Assembly: GCF_000022265.1 (NCBI RefSeq)
Contig: NC_011979.1
Location: 2,790,001 to 2,822,000, forward strand
Length of the DNA: 32,000 bases
Direction of reading: 5' to 3'
Origin: Geotalea daltonii FRC-32
GTDB taxonomy: Bacteria > Desulfobacterota > Desulfuromonadia > Geobacterales > Geobacteraceae
A model generated the notes under the pieces. That model saw nothing but the letters and a program-made list of their open reading frames with translations. It was not told the origin of the DNA and ran no database searches. Position numbers and translations under genes: made by a program. This document shows, piece after piece, positions 31,074-32,000 of the stretch. Numbering within the stretch: the first letter of the stretch is position 1; every line of letters starts with the position of its first letter.

Positions 31074-32000
31074 TTAAGGTTGACACAGACCATCAGCGGC
31101 AAGACCTTCATCCGCATCTCCACTGCGCCAGAATTCGTCCACTTCTCCGAGAATACTATCGGAAACAAGTTCCCTTGCCTCCGACCGGAACCAGTCGGCG
31201 GGCATGGAACGGCTGTAACCAGGTTCCGTGAACCTGCTGTCCATGAGGACGATCAAACCGCGATCGGTCTCCGAGCGGATGACTCTGCCGGCTGCCTGGA
31301 CCGCTTTGGCCATGGCGGGAATGATATAGGCATAGTCGAAACCGGCGCCGTATCGCTGCTGATAATAGCGCCTCATCTCCTCCCTTTCCAGATCGAAGCT
31401 CGGCAGGGGCGGTCCGACAATGAAGGCACCTATCAACGTTTCCCCGGCATAGTCCATCCCTTCGGCCAGGGACCCTCCCTGAACGGCAAAAACGATATTT
31501 GCCCCATTGGTCTCCTGGAGCTGCTCCATGATCGTTTTCACTTGACTGGTCTTGATGTTCCGCTCCTGCAGGATGAGGGAGAAACCGGCAGGAAGTTGGA
31601 AAAACGCTGCCAACCGTTCGAGAAAATCAAAGCTGGGAAAGAAGACGATATAATTGCCGCGGCGCAGGGAGGCAATGCGCACCACCGCTTCGGCGATCCT
31701 CGCATAATTCCGCTCCCTTTGGCTGTAGCGGGTTGAAACCTGCGGGATCAGCATCAGCTTTCGCCGATGCGTGGGGAAGGGGGAGGTAAACTCCGCCGTC
31801 AGGGTCTTTTCCAGGTCCAGTCCGGAAAGGGTTTTATAGTAGTCGAATGGTTTGAGCGTGGCGGAAAAGGCCACCACTTGCTGATAATTGTCATAGCAGT
31901 CCCTGATCATGGCTGAGGCGTCGCAGCACGTTATTTTGACCGTGCCGGTTGGATGCCAGGTGGTGAAAAATTCTGCCCGCGCAGGGTCTGCCGCATATTC
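31074..32000 (-). CDS. DinG/XPD (Rad3)-family ATP-dependent DNA helicase, C-terminal part (5' end outside window)
   Basis: The reading frame stays open from 31910 to the window edge. The sequence VVAFSATL ... GNYIVFFPSF ... VFAVQGGSLAEGMDY ... QAAGRVIRSETDRGLIVLMDSRF matches helicase motifs IV-VI of the DinG/XPD C-terminal domain. Confidence 0.8.
   Translation of the reverse strand, partial: EYAADPARAEFFTTWHPTGTVKITCCDASAMIRDCYDNYQQVVAFSATLKPFDYYKTLSGLDLEKTLTAEFTSPFPTHRRKLMLIPQVSTRYSQRERNYARIAEAVVRIASLRRGNYIVFFPSFDFLERLAAFFQLPAGFSLILQERNIKTSQVKTIMEQLQETNGANIVFAVQGGSLAEGMDYAGETLIGAFIVGPPLPSFDLEREEMRRYYQQRYGAGFDYAYIIPAMAKAVQAAGRVIRSETDRGLIVLMDSRFTEPGYSRSMPADWFRSEARELVSDSILGEVDEFWRSGDADEGLAADGLCQP

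Noticed and set aside
1-32000. CRISPR arrays, rRNA genes, integrase/transposase genes and recognisable defence-system genes.
   Set aside because: I found no regularly spaced direct repeats with unique spacers, no rRNA-like sequence, and no ORF with recombinase, nuclease/ATPase defence or toxin-antitoxin signatures.

Overview
Gene-dense bacterial window. Gene content and the repeat families resemble Geobacter-type Desulfuromonadota, but that taxon call is inference only. Almost everything from 3 to 9287 and from 12700 to 30852 is on the + strand.

(1) 3-7415 is one tightly packed operon. It encodes a nitrogenase-like NifD/K-type pair followed by a complete corrinoid methyl-transfer set: a B12-binding protein, two MtaA/URO-D-type zinc methyltransferases and a RACE/RamA-type reductive activase. 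This combination matches no characterised nitrogenase-like system that I know of.

(2) 7925-10772 holds a zinc-ribbon protein, a GreA/B-like factor, a YheU-like protein and a convergent Bcr/CflA MFS exporter.

(3) About 11.0-30.9 kb looks like a metal (probably Cu/Ag) homeostasis island. It contains:
- two membrane/periplasm-targeted HMA proteins, a DUF2318-like Cys protein and a MacB-type FtsX/ATPase ABC module
- an embedded receiver-like gene, an orphan flgC and an M23 peptidase
- a membrane histidine kinase and a sigma-54 NtrC-type regulator
- cusC/B/A-like RND efflux genes
- an operon of secreted His/Met-rich, coiled-coil, GerMN-like lipoprotein, cytochrome c'-like and YHS-domain proteins
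- two ZraP/Spy-like paralogues

The most direct sequence-level result concerns promoters. Four candidate -24/-12 promoters, three on + and one on -, share one architecture: GAATATTC-like palindromes phased 20 bp apart, 57-60 nt upstream of the -24 element. This implies a single enhancer-binding-protein regulon across the island.

The window also contains a roughly 185-bp MITE in two near-identical copies with TA flanks, related hairpin-centred intergenic elements, REP-like palindromes inside operons and a decayed HD-GYP pseudogene. It ends in a partial DinG/XPD-type helicase gene on the - strand. I saw no rRNA, convincing tRNA or CRISPR array.
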